NCBI GenBank assembly: GCA_014874355.1
Contig: JACWAJ010000065.1
Coordinates: 1-60,755 of the forward strand
Source: a bacterium
Lineage (GTDB): Bacteria > Chloroflexota > Dormibacteria > Aeolococcales > Aeolococcaceae
Direction: 5' to 3'
DNA length: 60,755 bases
Shown: positions 47,442-56,593 of the stretch, piece after piece
Position numbering within the stretch: position 1 is the stretch's first letter
Layout of the letters: each line of letters opens with the position of its first letter
Program-made: the position numbers and the translations under genes
The notes under the pieces: model-generated
Databases searched by the model: none
The model's input: only the letters and a program-made list of their open reading frames with translations
What the model was told of the DNA's origin: nothing

Positions 47442-48126
47442 TCTGCGCGGTCGGCGAGTTGTCGTCACCGCAGGGGGCACTCGCGAGCCCATCGATCCAG
47501 TGCGCTATATCACCAATCGCAGCAGTGGCAAGATGGGCAATGCCCTGGCTCGAGCTGCACGTGATGCGGGCGCCGCCGTGTTCCTGGTCACGGCGGCCCG
47601 AGTGCCAATCCATATTCGCGATATCCGTACCGTCAAAGTGGACACCGCCGCTGAAATGCACGCCCGCGTACGCGAGTGCCTGGCACCGGGTGCCGTGCTC
47701 ATCATGGCGGCAGCCGTGGCCGACTACCGCGCGGTCGAGGTCTCATCCGGCAAGCTGAAGAAGTCGGAGAGTGGTGTGACTTTGGAACTCGAACCCACGG
47801 TCGATATTCTCGCCACTCTGGCGAGCGATTTGTTGCGTGACGAACTCTTTGTCGTCGGCTTTGCGGCCGAGACCGAAGATCACGTTGCCAACGGTTATGC
47901 CAAACTCGTCGCCAAGCGGATGGACATCTGCGTTGTCAACGATGTCTCGTCACCGGGCATTGGAATTGGAGCCGATGACAACGCCGTGACCATCGTCGAT
48001 CGCGACGGGATTGTTGCAGAGGTGCCTCGAGCCCCTAAGTTCGAGGTTGCCCAGCGAATCTTGGAATACGTTGCCGCACGGCTACCCCGGGTGCATGCGG
48101 GAGCGACAGAAGGGAACGAACTCTAA
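47431..48126 (+). CDS. coaB: Phosphopantothenate--cysteine ligase (CoaB half)
   Basis: VVVTAGGTREPIDPVRYITNRSSGKMG, AAVADY, VGFAAET. Confidence 0.88.
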   Translation: MPADLRGRRVVVTAGGTREPIDPVRYITNRSSGKMGNALARAARDAGAAVFLVTAARVPIHIRDIRTVKVDTAAEMHARVRECLAPGAVLIMAAAVADYRAVEVSSGKLKKSESGVTLELEPTVDILATLASDLLRDELFVVGFAAETEDHVANGYAKLVAKRMDICVVNDVSSPGIGIGADDNAVTIVDRDGIVAEVPRAPKFEVAQRILEYVAARLPRVHAGATEGNEL

Positions 48127-48127
48127 C

Positions 48128-50143
48128 GTGCGTTTCGTTCAGGTCGTGCCCGACGTTCGATCGGTGCTGCCGAGCGACACCTTCTCCTACACGGTTCCTG
48201 CGGAGTACGTGGAGCGTGCCGTCATTGGGGCGAGGGTGGAAGTCCCCTTCGGAGCGAGGAACGTCACCGGGGTTATCGTCGGCACCAACGACGACGTGAC
48301 GCGTTCCGATGCCAAGCCGGTCATCTCGGTCTTCGACGAGCCTCCGTTGCTGGAACCGTACCGGGTCGAACTGGCTCGGTTCATTGCGATGCGCTATTGC
48401 GCTCCGCTGGGCGAGGTTGTCAAGGCCATGGTCCCGCGAGGTGTGCGTGCGGCCCGGCCGGGTGGGCGCAAGCGCCAACCGCGGACGGTATCCCGAGCGG
48501 TCGATGCAACGCGTGCGACTACCGATGACCGCGAGTTGCCGCCGCGTCTGACACCGGCTCAATCGGTCGCGGTGCAACCGCTTCTCGCCGCCATTGCCGA
48601 CCACGCCTATCGTGGCGTTCTGCTCCACGGGGTAACCGGGTCGGGTAAGACCGAGGTCTACCTGACAGCCATCGCGGCGGTACTGGAAGCCCGGCGCCAG
48701 GCGATCGTCATGGTTCCCGAGATTGCGCTCACACCGCAGACGATCCACCGGTTTGCGGCGCGCTTTCCAGGGCGCATCGCCGTCATGCACTCGGCCTTGA
48801 CCGACTCGGCGCGAGCCTTGGCGTGGCGGCGCATTCGGAATGGCGATCTCGATATCGTAATCGGTTCGCGCAGTGCCATCTTTGCGCCGCTGCCACGGCT
48901 GGGGCTGATCGTGGTCGACGAGGAGGACGCCCATGCCTACAAACAGGACCGGGTGCCTCGATACCAGGTGGTGGACGTGGCGCTGGAGCTCGGTCGCCTG
49001 TGCCAGGTCCCCGTCGTCCTTGGCAGTGCCACGCCGCGGATAGAAACCTTCTTTGCGGCGCATACCGGGCGGCTCGAACTGGCAACCCTGCCAGAGCGTG
49101 TCAGCGGCCGGGCGCTGCCTCCAATCGAGGTCGTCGACCTGCGCGAGGAACTGCGTGCCGGTAACTTCACCCCGCTGTCGCAGACGCTCGACGCTGCGCT
49201 GCGTGAGTGTCACGCCGCCGGCGGCCAGTCGATCCTCTTTCTCAATCGGCGTGGGACGGCAACTGTCATCATGTGCCGGAGTTGTGGCGAGACACTCCAA
49301 TGCGATGCGTGCTCGGTTTCCATGGTCTATCACGCCGCGCGTAGGCGGTGTGACTGCCACTACTGTGGGGCGACGCGAGCTCTGCCCGAGAAATGTCCGG
49401 CATGCGGTTCCAAGGCGATCCGTCAGTTGGGCACGGGCACAGAAAGGCTCGAGTCCGAAATGCGTGAACGCTTTCCAACGCTGCGGCTACTGCGGATGGA
49501 TCGTGACACCACGGCTTCACGCGATGCCCATTTCACAATTTACGATGCCTTTCGCAATGGTGAAGCGGACTGCCTCATAGGCACGCAGATGGTGGCCAAG
49601 GGCTGGGATCTTGGCAATGTTCGTCTGGTGGGCATCGTCAACGCCGACACGGCGCTGCACTTCCCCGACTACCGCAGCGGTGAGGTGACGTTCTCATTGC
49701 TCACGCAGGTGGCAGGGCGGACGGGTCGTGGTTACGAGCTGGCGCGGGTCGTCTTACAGACCTATAGCCCCGGGCACTACTCGGTGCGCCATGCGATCAC
49801 CCACGACTATCTGGGCTTTGCACATGAGGAGATCCGCCTGCGCAAAGCTCTGGGGTTTCCTCCGTACTCGAGGCTGGTCACATGCACCTTCAGTCACAAG
49901 GACGATGCTGTGTGTGAGGCTGAAGCCCGCGAATTGGTGCGAAAACTCTCTGATACACTCGATATTGGTGTCGGGCTCGTCGTTCTCGGTCCGACTCCGG
50001 CCTTGCTTCACCGCCTCCGCGGGGATTACCGCTGGCAGTTCACGGTGAGGGGGATCCACATAGAGACGGCGTTTCCCCATCTTCCCAGCGGCAGGGGACG
50101 CGGCGGCGGATCCTGGAGCATCGACGTCGACCCCACACCATGA
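48128..50143 (+). CDS. priA: Primosomal protein N'
   Basis: GVTGSGKTEVY, VPEIALTPQ, DEE, GSATP, LNRRG, four CxxC pairs, GTQMVAKG, QVAGRTGR. Confidence 0.96.
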   Translation: MRFVQVVPDVRSVLPSDTFSYTVPAEYVERAVIGARVEVPFGARNVTGVIVGTNDDVTRSDAKPVISVFDEPPLLEPYRVELARFIAMRYCAPLGEVVKAMVPRGVRAARPGGRKRQPRTVSRAVDATRATTDDRELPPRLTPAQSVAVQPLLAAIADHAYRGVLLHGVTGSGKTEVYLTAIAAVLEARRQAIVMVPEIALTPQTIHRFAARFPGRIAVMHSALTDSARALAWRRIRNGDLDIVIGSRSAIFAPLPRLGLIVVDEEDAHAYKQDRVPRYQVVDVALELGRLCQVPVVLGSATPRIETFFAAHTGRLELATLPERVSGRALPPIEVVDLREELRAGNFTPLSQTLDAALRECHAAGGQSILFLNRRGTATVIMCRSCGETLQCDACSVSMVYHAARRRCDCHYCGATRALPEKCPACGSKAIRQLGTGTERLESEMRERFPTLRLLRMDRDTTASRDAHFTIYDAFRNGEADCLIGTQMVAKGWDLGNVRLVGIVNADTALHFPDYRSGEVTFSLLTQVAGRTGRGYELARVVLQTYSPGHYSVRHAITHDYLGFAHEEIRLRKALGFPPYSRLVTCTFSHKDDAVCEAEARELVRKLSDTLDIGVGLVVLGPTPALLHRLRGDYRWQFTVRGIHIETAFPHLPSGRGRGGGSWSIDVDPTP

Positions 50144-50664
50144 GGAGCAGTTCCGTGGCCGTCCTTCCCGTTGTCGTTGTCGCCGACAACAACCCCGTTC
50201 TGACCACCAAGGCGTCGCACGTTCCTAAAGTCGACGGTCAGATACGCCGTCTCATGGAGGACATGATCGAGACCATGCGCGCCAACCATGGTGTCGGCCT
50301 TGCCGCACCGCAGATTGGTATCAGCCTTCGGGTGATCGTTCTCGAGGTGGACGGGCGTGTTCATCAACTGGCCAACCCCGAGTTGGTTCGCTGCCAGGGA
50401 GAGCAGATCGGTTACGAAGGCTGCCTCTCGGTTCCGGGTCTCGTCGGCGAGGTGGCGCGTTGTGAGCGTGTCGTTGCCAAGGGTCTGAATCGCAATGGCA
50501 AGGAGATCCGGGTCAAGGGCGACGATTTGCTGGCGCGGGCGATCCAGCACGAAATCGACCATCTCGACGGGGTTCTGTTCACCACCAAGGTGACTCCGGG
50601 GACACTTCGAGAGGCATCTCTAGACGAGGTAGCTGATGACGTCGCCGGCGAGGTGACGATCTGA
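50140..50664 (+). CDS. def: Peptide deformylase
   Basis: GVGLAAPQIG, EGCLS, QHEIDHLDG. Confidence 0.97.
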   Translation: MRSSSVAVLPVVVVADNNPVLTTKASHVPKVDGQIRRLMEDMIETMRANHGVGLAAPQIGISLRVIVLEVDGRVHQLANPELVRCQGEQIGYEGCLSVPGLVGEVARCERVVAKGLNRNGKEIRVKGDDLLARAIQHEIDHLDGVLFTTKVTPGTLREASLDEVADDVAGEVTI

Positions 50665-50669
50665 CCCGT

Positions 50670-51578
50670 TTGCGCGCCGTCTTTGCGGGGACGGCCGAAT
50701 TCTCCGTTCCATCATTGCGGGTGACTGCAGACCGCTGTGACGTTGTCGCCGTCGTCACCCAGCCCGATCGTCTCGGTAGTCGCGGGCGCCCGGCTCCGCG
50801 CCCGGTTGCTGACTGCGCCAGGGACTTGGGCCTGCCGGTGCTCCATCTGGCAAGGGTTCGCGACGCTACGGCCATCGCTGAGATCCTGGCCTACGCCGCC
50901 GATGTGCTGGTGGTAGCCGCTTACGGGCAGATCCTTCCAGTCGAACTTATGCAAGGCCATCGTCTAGGTGGCGTGAACGTCCATGCCTCGCTGCTGCCGC
51001 GCTGGCGTGGAGCGGCACCAATTGCGGCAGCCATTCTTCACGGCGATGTCGAGACAGGGGTTTCGATCATGCGCATCGAGGAGGGGCTCGACACCGGGGC
51101 GGTCTATGCGACGCGGGCGATTCCCATCCCGGAACGGGCTACGACACTGCAGTTGGGTGCCGAACTCGCCAGCCTCGGCTCCACGCTACTGGGTGAGATT
51201 CTGGATGAACTGGCCAAGGGTGATCTCGTGCATCCAGAGGTTCAGGATGACACGCAGGCCACCTATGCGCCGCGGCTTGGGCGCGATGACGGTCGGGTTG
51301 ACTGGCGGCAGTGCACAGCATCGGATGTGGACCGTATGGTTCGAGCACTCAACCCCTGGCCCGGTGTCACGGCGCTCCTTGCGGCGCGTGAGGTGCGGAT
51401 CTGTGCCGGCGAGGTGTTGGGGGGTGCCAAGAGTCCCGAGAGTCCCGGTGCCATCCTGCTCAAGGGTCACGATTGCGTCGATGTGGCCACGGCTTCCGGG
51501 GTCTTTCGGATCAGCGAAGTTCAGCCACCGGGCGCCCGGCGCATGACTGCCGCCGCCTACCTGCGCGGTCTGCGTTAG
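50670..51578 (+). CDS. fmt: Methionyl-tRNA formyltransferase
   Basis: FAGT.EF, VVTQPD, AYGQIL, NVHASLLPRWRGAAPI, GLDTG, RALNPWP. Confidence 0.96.
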   Translation: MRAVFAGTAEFSVPSLRVTADRCDVVAVVTQPDRLGSRGRPAPRPVADCARDLGLPVLHLARVRDATAIAEILAYAADVLVVAAYGQILPVELMQGHRLGGVNVHASLLPRWRGAAPIAAAILHGDVETGVSIMRIEEGLDTGAVYATRAIPIPERATTLQLGAELASLGSTLLGEILDELAKGDLVHPEVQDDTQATYAPRLGRDDGRVDWRQCTASDVDRMVRALNPWPGVTALLAAREVRICAGEVLGGAKSPESPGAILLKGHDCVDVATASGVFRISEVQPPGARRMTAAAYLRGLR

Positions 51579-51958
51579 ACGGGTTGGCGCGGGGGGATCT
51601 GGAACTCCAGGCGCGACCAGGGGTTGATGACGATGACGACCTCGTCGTCAACGTTATCGAGTAGTGCCGCGCCATTGACCTGAAGGACCGACAGCTGCTG
51701 CCAATCGGGGTTGCGCAGCAATGCTTCGCGCATGATGTCCGGTCGCGTGAAGACCGGCAACATGACCTTCTCGACGCCGCTGGGGTCGTCGATGGTGAAG
51801 TGGAGCAGATCAGATTCGCTGCCGTGACCGGCTACCGAGGTGTCACCCGCGGGATGCCCGAGAGCGTAGATGTCGGTCTTGCCGAATTGATCCTTAACCG
51901 TGGCTGTGGCATCGGCCTGGTCGCCACGGAGTGCAATGAGGACTTCGAGGGGCTGCAT
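51575..51958 (-). CDS. SseB-family-like small protein
   Basis: LPVFT...VINP pattern typical of the SseB N-terminal domain; start uncertain. Confidence 0.6.
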   Translation of the reverse strand: MQPLEVLIALRGDQADATATVKDQFGKTDIYALGHPAGDTSVAGHGSESDLLHFTIDDPSGVEKVMLPVFTRPDIMREALLRNPDWQQLSVLQVNGAALLDNVDDEVVIVINPWSRLEFQIPPRQPV

Positions 51959-52079
51959 GGATGGTGAAACCTCCTGGGCGGACAGAACGTAGACCGGCAT
52001 AGTGCAGCATAGTGAAAGAGGATCCACTTAGGATCTGTTTGGGCGCGCTTAAAGTGCCCGACACTGCTATACAGGACGG

Positions 52080-52562
52080 GTGGACACATCCAAGAAGAGA
52101 TCGAAGCCCGACGACGGAACCCTGGCGCGCAACCGTCAGGCGTTCCACGAGTACTCGATTCTTGAGACATTCGAGGCGGGTATTGAACTGGTGGGTACCG
52201 AGGTCAAAGCCCTGCGTGCTGGGCGCGGTCATCTTCGCGAGGGCTACGTGCGGGTCGAAAACGGCCAGGCTTGGCTGGTCCAGGTCAACATTGCCGAGTA
52301 TTCGGCGGGAAATCGTGCCAACCATGAACCGCAGCGCCGGCGGCGGTTGCTACTCCATAGTCGCGAGATAGAGTACCTCGACGCGAAGGTTCGTCAGGAT
52401 GGGCTGACACTGGTCCCTCTAAGGCTATATTTCAATCACAATCGCGTCAAACTGGAGTTGGCTGTGGCTCGAGGCAAGAAGCTCTGGGACAAGCGTCAGG
52501 CTCTGGCTCAGCGTGAGGCCCAGCGTGACGCTGAGCGCGCCATGCGGGCGCAGCGGCGATGA
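52080..52562 (+). CDS. smpB: SsrA-binding protein
   Basis: NRQAFHEY, EAGI.L.GTEVK, RRLLLH, LVPL, RGKK.WDKR. Confidence 0.97.
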   Translation: MDTSKKRSKPDDGTLARNRQAFHEYSILETFEAGIELVGTEVKALRAGRGHLREGYVRVENGQAWLVQVNIAEYSAGNRANHEPQRRRRLLLHSREIEYLDAKVRQDGLTLVPLRLYFNHNRVKLELAVARGKKLWDKRQALAQREAQRDAERAMRAQRR

Positions 52563-53203
52563 ACGGTGCTGTCGAGATACCGCAGAACGCCTTGGCCTTG
52601 AAGCAGCGGCGATCCTACGGGGCAACAGTGCCGTGGCGTCAGGTGCTGGCTCTCACTTGCGCGAGTACACGGTGCCGACCCACGGCCTCTATCCTCATCA
52701 ATGGAATTGGGACTCGGCCATCTGCGCCATTGGGTGGTTCCAGCTCGATGTCGATCGTGCCTGGCGAGAACTCGAAAGCCTGCTGGCGGCACAGGACGGC
52801 GATGGCATGGTGGCGCACATCGCTTTCAATCCGACACGGCAACCTCATACCAGCCGGGCCCTGAGTGGTGGGGTGAGCGGTGTGGCGCCGACTTGCGCAA
52901 GATCTCTCCTGCATCACCCCGCCGCCCGTGGCCGCCAGCGCGCTCTTGCGGCTTCTCGATGCTGGTGGAGATGTCGAGCGTGCCCGGCCGCTGCTAGTCC
53001 TCTTGCAGCGTTGGCACGACTGGTTTCTGTCGGTGCGCGATCCCGAGCACCGCGATGAACCGGTGATCGTCCACCCCTGGGAAACGGGCCGTGACAATGC
53101 GGTGGAGTGGGATGCGGCACTGGACAGGGCGCCTGAAGCTAGCGGCGAGTTCAAACGCGTCGACACCGCATTCGTCAACGCCGCGCAGCGTCCGACTCCT
53201 TAG
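52559..53203 (+). pseudogene. Frameshifted, truncated GH63/MGH1-like glycoside hydrolase
   Basis: YPHQWNWDS, GMV.HI.F, (S).IT.PPV and HPWETGRDN motifs are spread over different frames; C-terminal half is absent. Confidence 0.8.
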
Positions 53204-54347
53204 GGAGTATCTCGGAGGCGAGGTGGTCAATCGCTTCGCGGAGTGCGCGCAGTCCGTCGCCCGCGCGTGCCGAGATGCGGATCGCGCCGGTCCCGGCGGT
53301 CCTTTCGAGTTCCCACACGATGTCGTCAATATCGACACCGTCCACCAGGTCGCACTTGGACGCCACCAGCAGGATGGGCTGGTCGCATTCCATCTGTGTG
53401 AGCGTCTCAAGGACGGTGCTGAGTTGTTCGCAAGCATCAGGATGAGAAACGTCGACGATGACGGCAAGCAGATGTGCTTCGCGTACCTCTTCCAGTGTCG
53501 CTGCAAAGGCATCGACCAGTTCTGTCGGCAGCGCCTGGATGAAACCGACCGTGTCGGTGAGGATGACGGAGTGCCCCGACGGCAACTCAAGCCGCCGCGA
53601 CGTTGGATCCAGCGTTGCGAAGAGCAGGTTGTCGGCGAGGACGTGAGAGTGGGTCAGGGCGTTCAGCAATGTTGACTTGCCGGCGTTGGTGTAGCCGACT
53701 AGCGCCACCGATGCCATCGGCACACCAGTGCGGGCCTTGCGCCGGGTCGCGCGCGAGCGTTGCACTTGTACGACGCGGAGGCGAAGCTTCTTGAGCTTCT
53801 GGCGGATCAGCCGGCGGTCCACCTCGATCTGCGTCTCGCCGGGGCCGCCGCGGAGACCGACCCCGCCGCGCTGGCGTTCGAGGTGGGACCAGCCGCCGGC
53901 CAGGCGGGGGAGTAGGTGTTCGAGCTGGGCCATCTCGACCTGGAGCCGGCCTTCGGCGCTGGTGGCGCGGCGAGCGAATATGGCCAGGATGACCTCGGTG
54001 CGATCGAGGACATCCGTGCCCCAAGCTTCTTGGAGATTGCGCTGCTGGCGAGGCGTGAGTTCGTCATTGACGAGGACTCCGGGTGAGTCGAGTTCGGCAA
54101 TGCGTGTAGCCAGCCGATCGACCGCGCCGCGGCCGAACAAGGTTGCTGGGTGCGGCTCGCGCAGGCGCACCATGTCGCGTTCCAGAACTCGGGTCTGCAA
54201 TGTGCGGGCCAATTCCTCGAGCTCGTCGAGTTGGATCTCGGCCTGTTCACGGTCGGCCTGACTCTGGTACGTGCCTACGAGGATGACATCGTGGAGACTC
54301 TGTCCAATACCGGATGCTGCTCCAGAGAGGCCGTTGTGGGTCGGCAT
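53175..54347 (-). CDS. hflX: Ribosome-splitting GTPase HflX
   Basis: QVE.AQL..LLPRL, GPGETQIE.DRR, GYTNAGKST, LFATLDPT, DTVGFI. Confidence 0.97.
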   Translation of the reverse strand: MPTHNGLSGAASGIGQSLHDVILVGTYQSQADREQAEIQLDELEELARTLQTRVLERDMVRLREPHPATLFGRGAVDRLATRIAELDSPGVLVNDELTPRQQRNLQEAWGTDVLDRTEVILAIFARRATSAEGRLQVEMAQLEHLLPRLAGGWSHLERQRGGVGLRGGPGETQIEVDRRLIRQKLKKLRLRVVQVQRSRATRRKARTGVPMASVALVGYTNAGKSTLLNALTHSHVLADNLLFATLDPTSRRLELPSGHSVILTDTVGFIQALPTELVDAFAATLEEVREAHLLAVIVDVSHPDACEQLSTVLETLTQMECDQPILLVASKCDLVDGVDIDDIVWELERTAGTGAIRISARAGDGLRALREAIDHLASEILPKESDAARR

Positions 54348-54431
54348 GTCTCAAGCGTACCGCTGGAGTGTAACTCGGGTACGATGGGGGCATGGTCAGC
54401 TCCTAGGAGCACAGTCACCACGGACGATCAT

Positions 54432-54805
54432 GGGGGCGTATGGTTTCGACGGGGTCGTGGGTCACACGATGGCGAACCGAGCCCCGGGCTCGTAAAACCG
54501 GGAAAAATATAAGTGCGGATAGAACTGCACTTCCTATGGCTGCCTAACAGCACCTAGGAAATACGCCCAGGGCAATGCTCTGGCGTCGACCGCTCTCTCG
54601 ACTGCGGGGGGCGGAGCCGACGTTAATACCAGTGGTCTTGCCGCTCGGTGGCGCTTCAGCGCCGGGCGGGACATTCACTGAGGCTGGCCGGAGCGGAGCC
54701 TGGTCCCAGGGCGCCACGCCGGTGAGATCAATACCGGGACTACGTTCGTAGATGTCGTGCGGAACGCGGCTTCGGACCCGGGTTCGATACCCGGCGCCTC
54801 CACCA
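54432..54805 (+). ncRNA. ssrA: tmRNA; tag reading frame (A)ADRTALPMAA* at 54515-54547
   Basis: 5' GGGGGCG..GGTTTCGAC; 3' T-arm GACCCGGGTTCGATACCCGG followed by CGCCTCCACCA; resume context ATAAGT-GCG; tag ends in AA. Confidence 0.96.
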
Positions 54806-54870
54806 CCTGCCCGAAGATCCAAGTGTGGCAAGCCATAGTGTTCCAAGGATATCCATAGTATGCTGGGAGC

Positions 54871-55134
54871 ATGAAGATCATGAAGATACGACGATCGGGC
54901 AACAGCAACGTGGTGGCACTGCCGCACGATCTGGAGCAATTGGGCTACGCCCCAGGTGTCTCCGTCCTTGTCGATGCACTGCCTGATGGCGAACTTCGCA
55001 TCATCCCCGCGACACATCTCAGGGAACTAATCTGTGAGACAGGGAGACGTGTGATCGCCGAGAACCGGGAGGCACTGGACATCCTTGCGGAGCACGACCG
55101 TGGAGCCGGATCCGCTGTCGCTCAGGCCCAGTAG
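54871..55134 (+). CDS. AbrB/MazE-type antitoxin
   Basis: KIRRSGNS.VV.LP swapped-hairpin motif and C-terminal ENREAL..LA, typical of Doc-associated antidotes. Confidence 0.85.
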   Translation: MKIMKIRRSGNSNVVALPHDLEQLGYAPGVSVLVDALPDGELRIIPATHLRELICETGRRVIAENREALDILAEHDRGAGSAVAQAQ

Positions 55135-55144
55135 AGGGCGTTTT

Positions 55145-55381
55145 GTGGACAACGGGGGAGATGAAGGGACGGTCTACCTTGGGGTTGACGATGTCCTTGA
55201 TCTTTACGCTGGCATCCTGGGCTGCACCCATGAGGCGGCCGGCGATCGGCTTCGCAGCACTGAAGGTCTGGAGGGAACTCTGGCGCGGCCTCTCCACTAT
55301 GCGCACTACACCCAGGCCGATATGGCCATGTAGGCTGCGATCCTTGCCCACGGGATTGCTGAGGGCCAGCTCTTTGTCCCC
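55145..55381 (+). pseudogene. Doc/Fic toxin remnant
   Basis: YL..DDVL.L...LE.TLARP...Y..DM.M*AAILAHGIAEGQLFV: internal TAG at 55331-55333 and truncation before the DGNKR motif. Confidence 0.8.
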
Positions 55382-55578
55382 CGCCGCCTGTTATAAGGAT
55401 GCCGCCAAGGACAAGGTGTCGAGCTACATGCGCAACAACATGTGGTCGAACTGGGCGGAGGCCCACAGCCAGGCGGGCATTCTGGAGGCGCTCGCCGCCG
55501 ATGCGGGCGGGAGTCGCGCGTTCGGCGCTTTCTCGGTCGTGCGGTGGTGGCGGGTGGAACGGTCACGGGGAACTGCCT

Positions 55579-55995
55579 CTATCCGAACAAGGCGTATGTG
55601 GTGGTTGTCACCGCGGCTACGGCTGCTTTCCTGACGGTGGGCGTCGTCAGCCCGGATACGGTCGGCATCGCGTCGGCTGCCGTGGGGCCGTGCACCGCTA
55701 CTGTGCACAACCCGGATGGCACCAGCCAGGACTTCACCACTCCGGCGGGGCAGGAGGATCGGTCTCTCACCCTGGGGGCGGTCAAACACAACCCGGCGCT
55801 GGGCAACGTTTTCGTCTTCTCGGCCACCGCGTTTGTCGAGACCGAGGATCCGGAGTCCGGCGCATTGCTCGATGCGGGGTGCCATGTCACCACCGCAAAC
55901 AGTCCGGCTACGCAAAGTGCCGCTGCTCCCGCCCAGCCTGCGTAGCGGAGATTTCGTCGGTGCTGCTCGATCTGCCTCCGTTGACGGCGGGTCAT
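55579..55995 (-). pseudogene. Membrane-anchored protein N-terminus, probably truncated or chimeric
   Basis: ATGA-coupled to the DUF2933-like gene; basic stretch plus TM helix; after about 45 codons the opposite strand looks more codon-like. Confidence 0.4.
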
Positions 55996-56096
55996 TTACT
56001 TGGGCCTCGTCCGTGGCCGCCGTGCATGCCGCGCATCATTAGAACCATCATCACCGGGCATGCCAAGCTGATGAGAACTGGCCACAGGGCTTGCAT
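55992..56096 (-). CDS. 34-aa DUF2933-like membrane peptide (not in the ORF track)
   Basis: AGGAGG RBS; MQALWPVLISLACPVMMVLMMRGMHGGHGRGPSK with the ACP-Met/His-Gly signature. Confidence 0.8.
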   Translation of the reverse strand: MQALWPVLISLACPVMMVLMMRGMHGGHGRGPSK

Positions 56097-56147
56097 TGTT
56101 GTCACCTCCTGAGGGGGAGACGTCGGTGTTTCCCCGCCCCGCACTAT

Positions 56148-56164
56148 ATACCCCCATGGGGTAT
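56148..56164. promoter_or_regulatory. CsoR-type copper-repressor operator
   Basis: ATACCCC-CAT-GGGGTAT palindrome abutting a minus-strand TATAGT -10 (56143-56148). Confidence 0.75.
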
Positions 56165-56218
56165 GTGTGTGGCCGGTTGTCGTTGGATGGGGATTGCACC
56201 CCGGACCGACCGCTGTGG

Positions 56219-56530
56219 TCAGGTCGGGTGGTTCGAGAGTTGGAGCAGAGCGTCGAAGTCATCGCTTGCCGATGCCTTGTTCCGCTTCTTCAAGCCGCAC
56301 CGAGTGCAGCGGTGGAGAATCGTGTATTCCCCGCCCTTGGTTTCGACCCCTACGGGTTCCATCTGCCCCTGGCAGGTTGCCTGACGATCGCCAGGATTCA
56401 CGTCGACATGTTTACTCCAGAGGCAATGGGAGCAGTGGTTGGTGTACCCGCTTCCCTTCACCTGGAGACCACACCGCTCGCATGTGAAGTCCTCTTTGGT
56501 CCGTTGGAATCGCTTTGTGTCGATGCTCAT
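56219..56530 (-). CDS. RNHCP-domain zinc-binding protein
   Basis: F.C..CG, YTNHCSHCLWSKHVD..PGDR...C.G.M.P, HRC..CG...N....DD. Confidence 0.85.
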   Translation of the reverse strand: MSIDTKRFQRTKEDFTCERCGLQVKGSGYTNHCSHCLWSKHVDVNPGDRQATCQGQMEPVGVETKGGEYTILHRCTRCGLKKRNKASASDDFDALLQLSNHPT

Positions 56531-56593
56531 ACTCGACCGCCTTGCAGGGATGTCAGTGCGTTACCAATGGCCGGGTACCTTACTCTTAGCTGC

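Noticed and set aside
55442-55945. 167-aa plus-strand ORF as an intact gene
   Set aside because: No RBS or family motif; it appears to be a fragment fused to antisense sequence of the copper-operon remnant
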